From positions 6,803,223 through 6,867,222 of the forward strand of contig CAJINV010000005.1 in the NCBI GenBank assembly GCA_905178155.1: DNA of 64,000 bases, written 5' to 3'. Of the stretch, positions 40,701-51,254 are shown in pieces. Under the pieces are notes generated by a model that saw only the letters and a list, made by a program, of their open reading frames with translations, was not told the DNA's origin and did not search any database. Numbering within the stretch: the stretch's first letter is position 1; each line of letters opens with the position of its first letter. The position numbers and the translations under genes were made by a program. The stretch is from Amoebophrya sp. A120. Lineage: Eukaryota > Protista > Dinoflagellata.

Positions 40701-43700
40701 GCCTTAAGCATAGGGAGAAGCTAGCCGGCGACGCAGCGTGCCGCCGGGCTCAATTTTTGAGCCGCATGGCACTACAGCAAACGCAAAAGGCCCTGGCTGT
40801 CGGCGTCGCAGCGCTTTGCGCTTCCCACATGCCCAGGGGGCGCCGCTTTCGTCTTGCCTGCCTGTGGCTACTATGCGAAGCCCCAGCGCCCCGCGCAGTG
40901 CCTGCTATATTCAAATCGTTACGGCCGCACTTTGGCCCAGTAGATATTTGCACGCGTCCACCCCTTGCCGGCATCGCCGGAAAACCGAAGCCAAAACGAG
41001 GCCAAAACGAAGCCAAAGGGCAAAAAAGCCGAGGCCAAAACGAAGCCAGATCGAGGCCAAAACGAGGCCAAAACGAGGCCAGGCAACCGCGTTTCGTGTC
41101 TGGAAGGGGAACGCGATAAGTTTTGGATTTTTGTCGTCGCCCGGCTCGCGCTGCCGTGCCGCCGTGGAAGCGACACCAAAACGAGGCCCAGACGAGGCCA
41201 AAACGAGGCCCCGCGGCCTAATTCTGGGCCTCATCTTTCCGGCAAAAAGTTGCAAGGCTTGGCCGCATTTTTTTCGGACGGCTTTGGCTTCGTTTTGGCC
41301 TGGTTTTGGCTTCGTTTTGGCCTGCGCCCTTTCGGACCGTTCTGGGCCATTATCTGCAGCAGGGGCATGGGCCCAACTTCCGCAGCAGGCGCGAGGACTT
41401 TCTTATTTTGGACAGCGAGCGGCGTCTAGGTGGGGGCACCCGGTAGACGAGCTCTGGCGTGGTCATTGACTAGCGCGGGTACTATCTTTCTGGTCGCAAT
41501 CCGATGCGGCTCAAAATTTGGGCCGCGTGGCATGCTGCCCGCGAATCGATAGCCCCGTGGCCCATGCCCCAGTATGGGCATCAATATGAAGAAAATAATT
41601 TAGACTCCGCGGGGCGCGCTAGTCATTCTGAGGCAGTTGCAGGGACCACGCGCCGGCGGCATGGAGTAGAGCTACACAGCCCCCGGCCGCGACGTTGTCG
41701 GCGCCCGCGCGAATGCCAAAAAGCGACAGGCCTGGCCTCGTTTTGGCTTCGTCCGGGTCTCGTTCTCGGGTCTCGGCGGTAATGGGCGCGCCGTTTGTAA
41801 CGACGATCAGCAACGAGGCTCGGTTTCACAAAACTCTGCAGCAAATTTGGAAAAACGCTATGACAGTGCACAACTCCCCCTCCCCCTGATTTGTCATGCA
41901 AAATACCAAATTGACCCCTTGCCCTGTGGCACTGCTTGCATGACAGATTTCCGAAGCCGAAACAGCACCACAATCAGTCGCAAATTTGTCATGCAAAAGC
42001 TGCATCTGTGCCAGGCCCAGGACTTGTGTTGCTGCGGATACCATCCAAATGAGAGGGAGGGGGGGTTGTGGACTTCTTTCATAAACGCCCAAGACCGCCA
42101 CGAAGCGTTCCTCCAAGCCGATCCTCTGGAGGAATTGGTGGAAGTGGAAATTTATGCTGTGCAAAAGTATCGTACATGTAGTAATGGCAGTCTTGCATTA
42201 CAAATCTGATTCCCGAGGTAAATCAGCATCAGAAATTCCATTTCTCATGCTGAGGACATTTCTCATGCGATTTCTACTAGTACACTGCGATTACTTTTGC
42301 AATGCATAAAATTACGGACAGACATTCGAATTCGACAACCACCAGCAAAAGAAAACAGATCATGACCCGTGGCAGCTTTCTGCAATTGGAGCAGAAGGAT
42401 TTTATGGATCAAATCATGCAATTCGTCCTGAAGTTTGCGAGCTACGTGCTGGGGAAAAACATTACCAGCTTTTCGGACATCTTGGCCAGTCTGGTGGATG
42501 TGAAGGCCATCATCCACAACATCCAGAAGGCCGTCCTGTCGCTTATAACCTGCTCAGGTGTAGTCACAATCTCAAAGGTTACAATAAGGTCGGGGATTTG
42601 CCTTGCATGAAGAGCATGAGGAACTTACAGAGTCTTGCGCTTTCCGCAATACAAAGTTCGCCAGATTCATCTAGTGGGGTGTCGTGGCACTCCAGAACTT
42701 GTCATGCGCAATCCTGTGCGAGTTGGCTAGAAGGTCGTGCACTTCTTGCATCACAGACTCTATGGTAATAGTTGAGATTGTTGTACCGTCTGAGCGCCGG
42801 GTCATATCGCTGCTCGGGAACCTCGGCGAGAAGTTCATCAAACCTTTGATCAGCGTGTTTTCCCGGACCTTTTTCCAGGTGATCTACGACCCATTAGTTA
42901 TCAAAGGGAAAAATCCCCCCGCCCCATATCAAATGGAAGTTTCTGATGCTGGATTTGCGTACACAAATCAGCTCTGTCTTGCAGAAAGTGCCTGGCGGCA
43001 TTGTGTAAGCCTGTTTGGGTGTGCAGAAGGCTAGCAGTTAGGCATGACAAACAGGTGTTCAGTACTGGAAAGCGCATGACAGATTGGTTGTGGAATGCGT
43101 CACTTGGCTCCCATTACCCGATAGGCAAGACAGAGTGACCACAAATCAGCATCACAATTTTCCCTTTCGATATGGGGAGGGGGAATTTTTCCTCGCGATA
43201 TTAGTGTCTACCTCTTCCCAGTTTCTCGGTGACACCATTTCCGGCTTGATCGGCGCGGGGTCGCCCGTGTCTTTCGTCGGAGGCATGATCGGCCCGACCA
43301 TCCAAATGACACTTCTCCAAGTCGGAACCACCTTACAAGGCATCGTGCTTCCCTTGTTCAAAAAAGCGCTCGAGGCGATTCTCCCGTATGCATTGCAAAT
43401 ATGTCTGGGTCTGGAAGAATGCAAGTTTGTCATGCTTGTCTGGGATGACTCTCAAATCTGTCATGCACGTTTTTACCCAAGAGCCCCATTGTTCTGTCAT
43501 GCAGAAACGCAATTTGTCATGCAGAATAGGCAACACCTAGAAGCGTGGAAACTTGTCATGCTGAGCCAGCACTTGTGGCCTCCTCCTGATACGCCACTCA
43601 GCATCACAAGTTTTCAGACCCGGACATTTTTGCATTTGATATCCCATCGGCACTGACGAAATTGTTCAAAGGGGTCACCTATGAACTGCAAAAGTATCGT

Positions 43701-46700
43701 ACTCGTACAAATGCATTAGAGCGGGGTAACAAAATTACTGAAAAAAGAGGTCCTCGGGGGACCTCTTGTCCCCCCGGCTGGGCGGACAAGAGGTCCCCCC
43801 GTTTTGCTGCCGGAGCGTCCGCCACGCAGAGTTCCCCCCCCCTCGTGTCGCCGCGTCGGATATTTCGGGCGTAACGGGAGGGGACCTCTTGCCCCCCCCC
43901 GTTTCGCAGAGAAATCGGCTATGTATTTGGTATACAGGACAAGAGGTCCCCAGCGTTTGACCCGAAATAGCCGGCGCGGCGACACGGGGGCGAACTCTGC
44001 GAGCCGGCCGTGGCTCTGGCAACAGAAGGGGGGGACCTCTTGTCCGCCCGGCCGGGGGGACAAGAGGTCCCCCGAAGACCTCTTTTTTTATTTTGTTACC
44101 CCGCTCTTACAAATTTCCTCAGCATGAGAAATAAGGTTTGTAATGCTGATTTGCATTAACAAGAATGCATGACTGCAATACGAGAACGAGTGCGATACTT
44201 TTGCACAGGATATCACCGAATCCATCGCGGATGGGAACACGGAGGACGTGTTGAAGGGCGTTCTTGAGGTGGGGAGCAATGGGGACGCGGAGGTTGTGGC
44301 AGAGGAGGACGGCGATGAAGATAGTACTTCTTCGACCAGTAGGAGTAGTTTCGCTCAGAAAAACAAAAAAGCACTTGCAACTTCTTCGATGAAGAAAACC
44401 TCGTCAACCAAAGCGTCCAGCAGAAAGACAAAGAAAACAGCTAAGAACAAACAAACAACGAGGATGAACCAAAAGAAGTGGTTCAGCAGTCTTCGAAAGA
44501 CGTTGACGAGCGCAAAGGACAGGCTCTTCGGGGGCGGCGGGGGTGAGAGGACCACGACTACGACGCCAACCACGACTACGACGAGAAAGCCAACCACGAC
44601 AACGCCAAAGCCAACGACGATGGCGCCGGCACATGTACATGACCACGAGCACGACGTCTATGAGGATGCGTTGGGCGATGATATCGTTGGTGAAGAAGAA
44701 GAGGACGACGACACTGAAGAAGTTGAGCGACCGGAACGGGAACAAGAACAAGTTGAGGACGATGAAGGTGACTTGTACGAGGATGCAGTTGAGAATGATG
44801 ATGTTGTATGAACTGCAAAAGTATCGTACTCGTATAAATGCATTACAAATTTTCTCAGCATGAGAAATAAAATTTGTAATGCTGATTTGCCTTGACAAAA
44901 AAATTTGTAATGTTGCAAGACCTGCATTTATACGAGTACGATACTTTTGCACAGGATATGATGTTGACAAGGATGATGACTACGAGGACGCCATGGAGGA
45001 TGATGATGCTGGTGAAGATGAAGATCAGTCTATGCAAGAAAAAAACTGTGTAAGTGTAAATCTGTGATGCAGAAAATGCAAAACACGTTATGGCACTTGA
45101 CACGTTTTCTAAGTTTCTTGCCTCGCTGTATTGTTTTTAGTAGACTGAATGATTGAACGCTTTATTGGTTTTAGTAGGGCATGATGCCACAAGGGACGAA
45201 CAGCCCGTAGACCTCCGATGTGATGCAGAAAATGCAAAACAGTTACACTTGTCATGCTGGAGGTGCGTCATAGGCTACTATCATACGTGTCTCCACTTAC
45301 TAGCTGCGCATGACAGGTTTTCCCTGTAATGCAAAATGCTTTTCCTACAAAGTTACACTTAAATAAACAGTTTTTCTCCTGGATACAGTCAGCCACCATC
45401 CTGAAGAAGATCAACGGGAAGACGAAAAAAGTGAAACGGGACCTGGAAACCGTATGGATTGTATAAAATGTCTGGGTCTTGGAAGTTGCGAGATTTGTCA
45501 TGCTTGTCTGGCATGACCAAAAAGTTTGTGATGCGTGTCCAAGAAGAGACCCTTTTGCTTGTCATGCAAAACGCATTTTGTCATGCGGAAAGCGCAACAC
45601 TAAGCAGCGCAAATATTTCTCATGCTTGGCTGTGCATTACAGAGAATGCACTATTTACAACTCTGCATTACAAGTTATTTCCAGACCCAGACATAGTTGC
45701 ATTTGATAAACCGTGAACAAAGACCAAGTTTCGCAAGACGACGAAGTGGAGCCCGGGAGTGGGGTGGTGGATGGGGAAGATGAGATGGCGAGGGACATGG
45801 CAAAACGGATTAACAAGGCTGTGGTGGTGGTTCATAAAACTAAAACATCAAGCGAGGAGGTACACAGAGTGGATGATGATGAAGATCAAGACGGAACAAC
45901 ATCCTCTTCCACCTCTTTCACCGAGTTCCATGTCCACCTAAACCAAAAACACCAGTTCAAACTGTCCCTCCTGCACGAAAAAGTCCTGGAAAAGCGGCAG
46001 AAATCAGATTCCTACAGCGCGATGAGTGACTTCATGATCTCCGGGATGAAGACGGCTTTCAGCTACATCCGAACCCACTACCTTCCGAAGTGCCCGGAGG
46101 GAAATCAAGCGAGTCCGACCCAGATGGCGCAGGCGATTGACTCTTCTTCGCAATTGGTGGAAAATCTCCCTTTCTGGTCGACGTTTCAGGAGTATCTGAA
46201 ATCGGTCAGTGAAGTGCAGCTGCGGGGATTGGTGAGGTCTACGATTGAAAAAGTGATTGACGTGATTGGCAGTGGATTGTTCGAAACGGTCATCCCTTTT
46301 TTGGTTTCGCTACCAGTCTATCGACTGCAAATATGTCTGGGTCTGGAACGATGCAGCTTGTGATGCTAAATTTGGATCATGGAAAAATTTGTGTTGCATG
46401 ATTACCAAAAGCTGTCCAGTTTTGACCAAGTTAGGCGGGAGTTTCTCATGCAGGGTAGGCATGATACAGATCTCACAGGAGAATCTGTCATGCTAGATCC
46501 TGCATTCCGGACCTCATGCGTCATGTTGGACCTGCATGAGAAGTCTTGCACTCTTCTAGACCCAGACATATTTGCATTTGATACAGTCGTTGGAAACGCG
46601 ATTTCCTCGATCAAGCCGGGGATTCGTGCGGCGTTTAATTACGTCGCGGAGAAGATTTTGGAACAGGCGGAGAGAATCGAGGACTGGCTGGCGGGATTCG

Positions 46701-49622
46701 GGGAAGACATGGGGGAAAGGTTGGTGAACATGTTTCTCGAGCGGGTTCCGTGTCTGAACCTCGTGGATCATATCCACAAAAAGAGACCTAGACCTAGTAC
46801 GTACCCCCATGATCCATTTTTTGCGTCACAAGCACCGGCTGTGACGCATGTCCTTCTTGTTATGCGTGACGAATTGCCAAATTGGATGGGGATTATTTGG
46901 GGTCTTTTTTTGTGGATAGATCAGATGGAGGAGTGGATCTTGGGTCAGGTATGAGAGTGCACAACCATCCCTCCTTCTCATTTGTATAGCATGAACAGGA
47001 ATACACACACCAGTACACGTGGAGCCAATGCATGACAAATTTGCGTGCCTAATGTAGTACTGTTTGGGCTTCCGGAATTTATCATGCATACAGTGCCACA
47101 AGGCAGCGACTGGATTTGGGGTTTTGCATGGCAAATGAGGGGGAGGGGGAGCTGTGCACTACCATATCAGGCGGAAATGGACGACATGACCGAGGCGGCG
47201 CTGACAAAGGAGAAGGAGGATGCAGAGGAGAAGGATGCAGCTGAAAGTCATGATGTTGATGACAGCGCTGCGGGTAGTACTACAGCAGAAGAAGATGATG
47301 ATGATGACGATACAACGGACGACGATCACGACAACGTCTTTGTCGCAGAGGAAGAAGATGATGACGATGAGGACCAAAATTTCTCCACTTCTTCCGGCTT
47401 CGTTCAAAAGCGGATGCAAATGGACCGGTTTTTGCGCGGTATCCAAGACGACGTGGTAGGTGGACATCAAAAGCAAGGAGAAGAACACTTCGACGATGTT
47501 GCCGGCCCCAACGACGACGACGACGAAGCGTTTGCGAAGGACATCGTGTCGGTCAAGTTGCTGCGTCGCTTGAATGTGCATGCTGGAACAACTACTGGTC
47601 GTGCTGACCTGCAAGAACACTACAACTTCGATGTCTTTTCCACGAACAACCTGACCCTGCTCGAGACGTCGTCAAGGTCGTACACAGCAGCACTCGCCAC
47701 TGAAACAAGCAAAGTCCAGATGAAACAAAAGATGAATCTGGACACGTTTTTCGCCAAGTTCAACGAGGTCAAAGAGCACATCGTCACTGAAATCGGGAGC
47801 AAACTACCGGAATTTGTCGACAAAGTGTCGGAGCTGGTGAAGAACACCTTCCAGGCCCCGTTGAAAACCTTACTCAGTAACAACATTCTCGCCAGTATGA
47901 TTGCGATGCTTGGGAAGGGCTTTTGCCGCATCGTGGTGATGGCGTTTCAAGCGGCCATGCCCTTTGTCAGCACGGCGGCGACTACCGCGGGTAACGCGAT
48001 GCTTGGGGAAGCCAACATGAAGATGATTACGAGCGCTGCGTCCACGGTGATGCCGTGGCTGATTTCGAATTTCCTGTACGAAGCAACCCCAATCCACAAC
48101 GCGTTGAAAATATGCAATGCAAATATGTCTGGATCTGGAAGAGTGCAACTTGTGATGCTGCATTTGGATGCTGAAAAAAATCTGTATTGCATGAGGAGCG
48201 AGATGAGTCAAATTTGGCTACGCGGAGAGGGCATTTGTCATGCGGGATGCGCATCGATAAGCGCGGAAAAAACCTGTGATGCGAGAGCATACATCACAGA
48301 CGTCATGGATTATGGAAAATGTGCATAACAAACAGACATATTTGCATTCAATAGAAAATGCTCGTTGACAAGCTGCTCGCGGACGAAACGATCAAGGGCA
48401 TTTTTGACGCGGTCGCCGAATTATGAGAGTGCACAACTCCGCCTCCCTCTGATTCGTATTGCATGAGCAGCAATAGAAACACCAGCGCACATGGAGCCTG
48501 CGCATGACAAGCTCATGCGCGTCATGTAGTACTGTTTAGGCTTTCAGAATCTGTCATGCATAATAGTAACGCAAGGGAGCACTTGGATACTCATGGGATT
48601 TTGCATGAGAAATGAGAACGAGGGGGAGTTGTGCACTGTTATACGAAGTGATGAAGCAGCTGAAGGGCATTGGCGCGTTTTCCCTGTTCACCGACGCGTT
48701 AGAAGAGGCTTGGAACTCGATTAAGTCGAAACTGACCGGGGCAGATTTGCCGAGCGAAGAAGTGACAAATGAGGTCGAGGCGGAACACGAAAATGCGCTG
48801 AGTGCCCTGATATAAAGTGCAAAAGTATCGTACTAGTAGTAGTAGAAACAAGTAGCATGAGAAGTTTTCATCTGAGCGTGAGCAGACATGAGTTTGGTAT
48901 ATGCGGATTTACCTCATTCAACAAGAAGGAGATCGAGATTAAGATTTGCATTTGTAATGCATGATTTCGATTGAGTACGTGTACGACGAGTGCGATACTT
49001 TTGCCATGCATACCTGACCTTCACCAAAGAAGACCTAATCGAGGAGGAGCTCGCGACCGAGTGCCCCAGCGGCTACGAGCCGCTGGCGGATTCCGACGAG
49101 TGCGTTATCAAATGCAAAGAAATATGTCTTGGTCTGGAAATTTGTGATGCTGGGTGGCGTATCATGAGGAGGCCACAAGTGGGCTGGCCCAGCATGACAA
49201 GTTTCTGAGCTTCTTTGGTGTTGCCTATTCTGCATGGCAAACTGCGTCTCTGCATGACAGAAGAGTGGGGCTCTTGGGTAACGAGCATGACAGATTTCAG
49301 AGTCATGCCAGACAAGCATGACAAACTTGCATTCTTCCAGACCCAGACATATTTGCATTTGATATGCGTGGCGGCGATGCGACTGCTCTACCCCCCGGAC
49401 CTGACGCTCGCGGAGTCGGAGCGGAAACCGTGGAACCAAGTGGGTTTGAGCAAAGCGGAGAAAATTGCCGTCATCAGCGAGAGAAACGTGCCTCTCGGGT
49501 GCTTGAAAAAGTGGGACATGGTGAAGCGTAGCTACACGCTGGAGTACAATCGAGAGGCGGAGGATGATGTCGCCGCGGGAAGGCATTTGCAGAAAGTGAA
49601 TCTGATTTGTGTCAGGGTTTAA
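37749..49622 (+). CDS. Large secreted polyprotein-like hypothetical protein, copy 1 (~1900 aa, 20 TIR/TSD introns)
   Basis: Signal-like AILSCAALLAAAFQV. Frame is restored at all 20 insertions and the exons match copy 2. Stop TAA at 49620-49622. Confidence 0.85.
38619..38763. mobile_element. Introner F1 (shared with copy 2)
   Basis: TSD tcatt. Confidence 0.93.
39252..39474. mobile_element. Introner F4 (shared)
   Basis: TIR tatgagagtgcacaactcc/ggagttgtgcactttcata, TSD caacc/tcacc. Confidence 0.88.
39537..39686. mobile_element. Introner F1 (copy 1 only)
   Basis: TSD gaaag; empty site at 55104. Confidence 0.95.
39929..40191. mobile_element. Introner F2 (shared)
   Basis: TSD gggat. Confidence 0.94.
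40467..41800. mobile_element. 1.33-kb non-autonomous TIR element in an exon (copy 1 only)
   Basis: TIR ttacaaacggcg/cgccgtttgtaa, extending imperfectly for ~65 bp. TSD cgacg. Internal arrays of gccaaaacga. Confidence 0.92.
41859..42083. mobile_element. Introner F4 (copy 1 only)
   Basis: TSD aacgc; empty site near 55941. Confidence 0.94.
42153..42308. mobile_element. Introner F1 (copy 1 only)
   Basis: TSD aaatt; empty site near 56005. Confidence 0.94.
42544..42806. mobile_element. Introner, singleton TIR type (copy 1 only)
   Basis: TAT...ATA ends, gctcag..acaatctcaa/ttgagattgt..ctgagc, TSD tcgct; empty site near 56559. Confidence 0.9.
42899..43200. mobile_element. Introner F6 (copy 1 only)
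   Basis: aaaatcccccc.ccccatatc/gatatggggagggggaatttt, TSD ttagt. Confidence 0.93.
43387..43641. mobile_element. Introner F2 (copy 1 only)
   Basis: TSD tcccg/tccca. Confidence 0.92.
43680..44212. mobile_element. Introner F1, reverse orientation, with nested MITE (copy 1 only)
   Basis: TSD tcacc; empty site near 56860. Confidence 0.93.
43719..44106. mobile_element. PIF/Harbinger-like MITE nested in an introner
   Basis: TIR gagcggggtaacaaaa/ttttgttaccccgctc with longer subterminal inverted repeats; 3-bp TTA TSD. Confidence 0.88.
44807..44958. mobile_element. Introner F1, reverse orientation (shared)
   Basis: TSD tgttg/tgatg. Confidence 0.9.
45031..45385. mobile_element. Introner F5 (shared) with an internal 133-nt insertion
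   Basis: TSD cagtc. Insert 45086-45218 is flanked by a 23-bp direct repeat. Confidence 0.9.
45453..45708. mobile_element. Introner F2 (copy 1 only)
   Basis: TSD aaccg; empty site near 57947. Confidence 0.94.
46319..46583. mobile_element. Introner F2 (shared)
   Basis: TSD cagtc. Confidence 0.93.
46950..47166. mobile_element. Introner F4 (shared), GT-AG compatible
   Basis: TSD tcagg. Confidence 0.92.
48111..48353. mobile_element. Introner F2 (shared)
   Basis: TSD gaaaa. Confidence 0.91.
48422..48643. mobile_element. Introner F4 (shared)
   Basis: TSD cgaat/cgaag. Confidence 0.9.
48811..49012. mobile_element. Introner F1, reverse orientation (shared)
   Basis: TSD cctga. Confidence 0.9.
49106..49364. 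mobile_element. Introner F2 (copy 1 only)
   Basis: TSD tgcgt; empty site near 61838. Confidence 0.94.
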
Positions 49623-50729
49623 AGATCATCATGACGCTCGCGATTAAGAAGCATTATTTTCTCTCACTCAAGAACGAGAACTACATTGTACATTCAGATT
49701 CAAGAAGTGGGGTTTGTTTCCTAGTTTTCAGAAGTTTTATTGCATCCGCTGTTTTGAGTTTATCCTCATTTTTTGTAAAAGATGGAGAAGTATCAGAATC
49801 AGTATCAACATAAAGTTATTTGCGTCTCGCTTTCGGATTTTTGATCAATATGAACAGCTTGCTACTTAAGTACATGATTTTCAGTTTCAACAAAATACCA
49901 CATTTTTGTATTGTTCATTCATCACTTATTTTCGAGGCTAGCAAGAATTACACCGCATCTTCATTTTTAAGATTTTCTGTTGTAACAGTTGCAGTTGGGT
50001 TTGCTTTTCACATGATGCACAACGTACTAATCTTCGCTTTATTTCAGACAAGCTTTTTTGGGAAACAAAAACAATTCGTACATATCAACTTTCACATAAA
50101 ACATTTTAGCACGAAGAAGCGACGTAGCCGCGAGCCCACCGCTGGTTATTCGTGAGTGCCGCCGTCACGGAGGCCACGCCAGCAGTTTCTGTTGAAACGA
50201 GAAGAATAGAGAGAAGCAGTTCTCTTTGCACAGCATCATGCGAGCGGATTGGCATTCTGATTTTCTTTTTGGTTTTTCTAGATTTTTCATTTCTACTTGA
50301 GAGGATTTTTATCGAACGGAGCGTTCTTTGCACTACTCAGTGAGAGATGAATTGAGGGACAACTGCTCCCACATGGAGTGGGTCACTTAGCAGGGCGACG
50401 TTAATATCATGAGGAAGGCATGCGCATGCAGATTCATCTCATGCCGCATCAAAAATAGAACTACACCATGTAGGCGCCAACCGGAGGCGCAAAAAAACAT
50501 CTACACGTTGTAGGAGCCACTTACACCGACGGAGGACCCCGCGGAGCGAGACCCTACCCCAAGAATACTAGAAAGGCGGGACTAGTAGAACCACTTTCCT
50601 GCTGAACGAGACGAGGACAACGAACCACAACCACGACGAGGGCCTTCTCTACTTCCGCCGTGGTGGTACTTACTAGATCAGTGTAGAAGTTCTTGACTTC
50701 TGCTGCGCCACCGGCTACAACGACCAAAA

Positions 50730-51254
50730 ATGTCTGCGGCTGCGGAAAACGTGCAAGTGGTCGTCCGGCTCCGGCCGGACGAAGAAAATTACGCCGACGG
50801 CTACGACCCCAGCATCTACCACTTCGAGATCGACAAACCGCACGTGTTGACCATCAGAGATCCCCTCTCCAAAGGCAGATCGGACCACACGTTTGTGTAC
50901 AGGGGCTTGAAAAAGGAGGAGGCCGCGGCCCAAAGCATCGCCAATCGGACCAAGTTCGCGGCAATGCACTTCACACTGACGCTGGTCGACTGGAAGGACC
51001 TTGCGAACGCGGGGTTCGACATTCGGTCCTGGACAAACGCAGATTTCGATTTTGACCGTCGTCGTCGTGGAGGTCATAGTTCCAACGCGAGGTGGGACGA
51101 TGAAACAGGTGGCGTTCATCGTGGTAAAAAAATTTTCGACGGCTGGACCGTGATCGGAAGTGACGAATACGACTATGATCAGCGTAGAAGGAATTTACCG
51201 CACGGGCCGAGGTTGTATTTCCGTCTCGTCTTCAAACCGCCGGCCGGCAACTAG
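50730..51254 (+). pseudogene. Chimeric ORF: kinesin motor N-terminus (~58 aa) fused to the family A C-terminus
   Basis: ENVQVVVRLRP...HTFVY matches the first kinesin beta strands. From 50905 the sequence is identical to 35660-36009. Confidence 0.75.

Larger units (their letters stand above)
35660..50393 (+). repeat. Segmental duplication, copy 1
   Basis: Colinear with 50905-63264; offset is 15245 at the start and 12737 in the later identical block. Confidence 0.95.

Noticed and set aside
40673-41973. ORFs inside the 1.33-kb TIR element as a transposase
   Set aside because: They are repeat-derived (RPKRGQNEA) with no DDE-like motifs visible.
46797-46900. Possible extra intron in the polyprotein gene
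   Set aside because: The frame is open through the region, with no TIR/TSD and no need for splicing.
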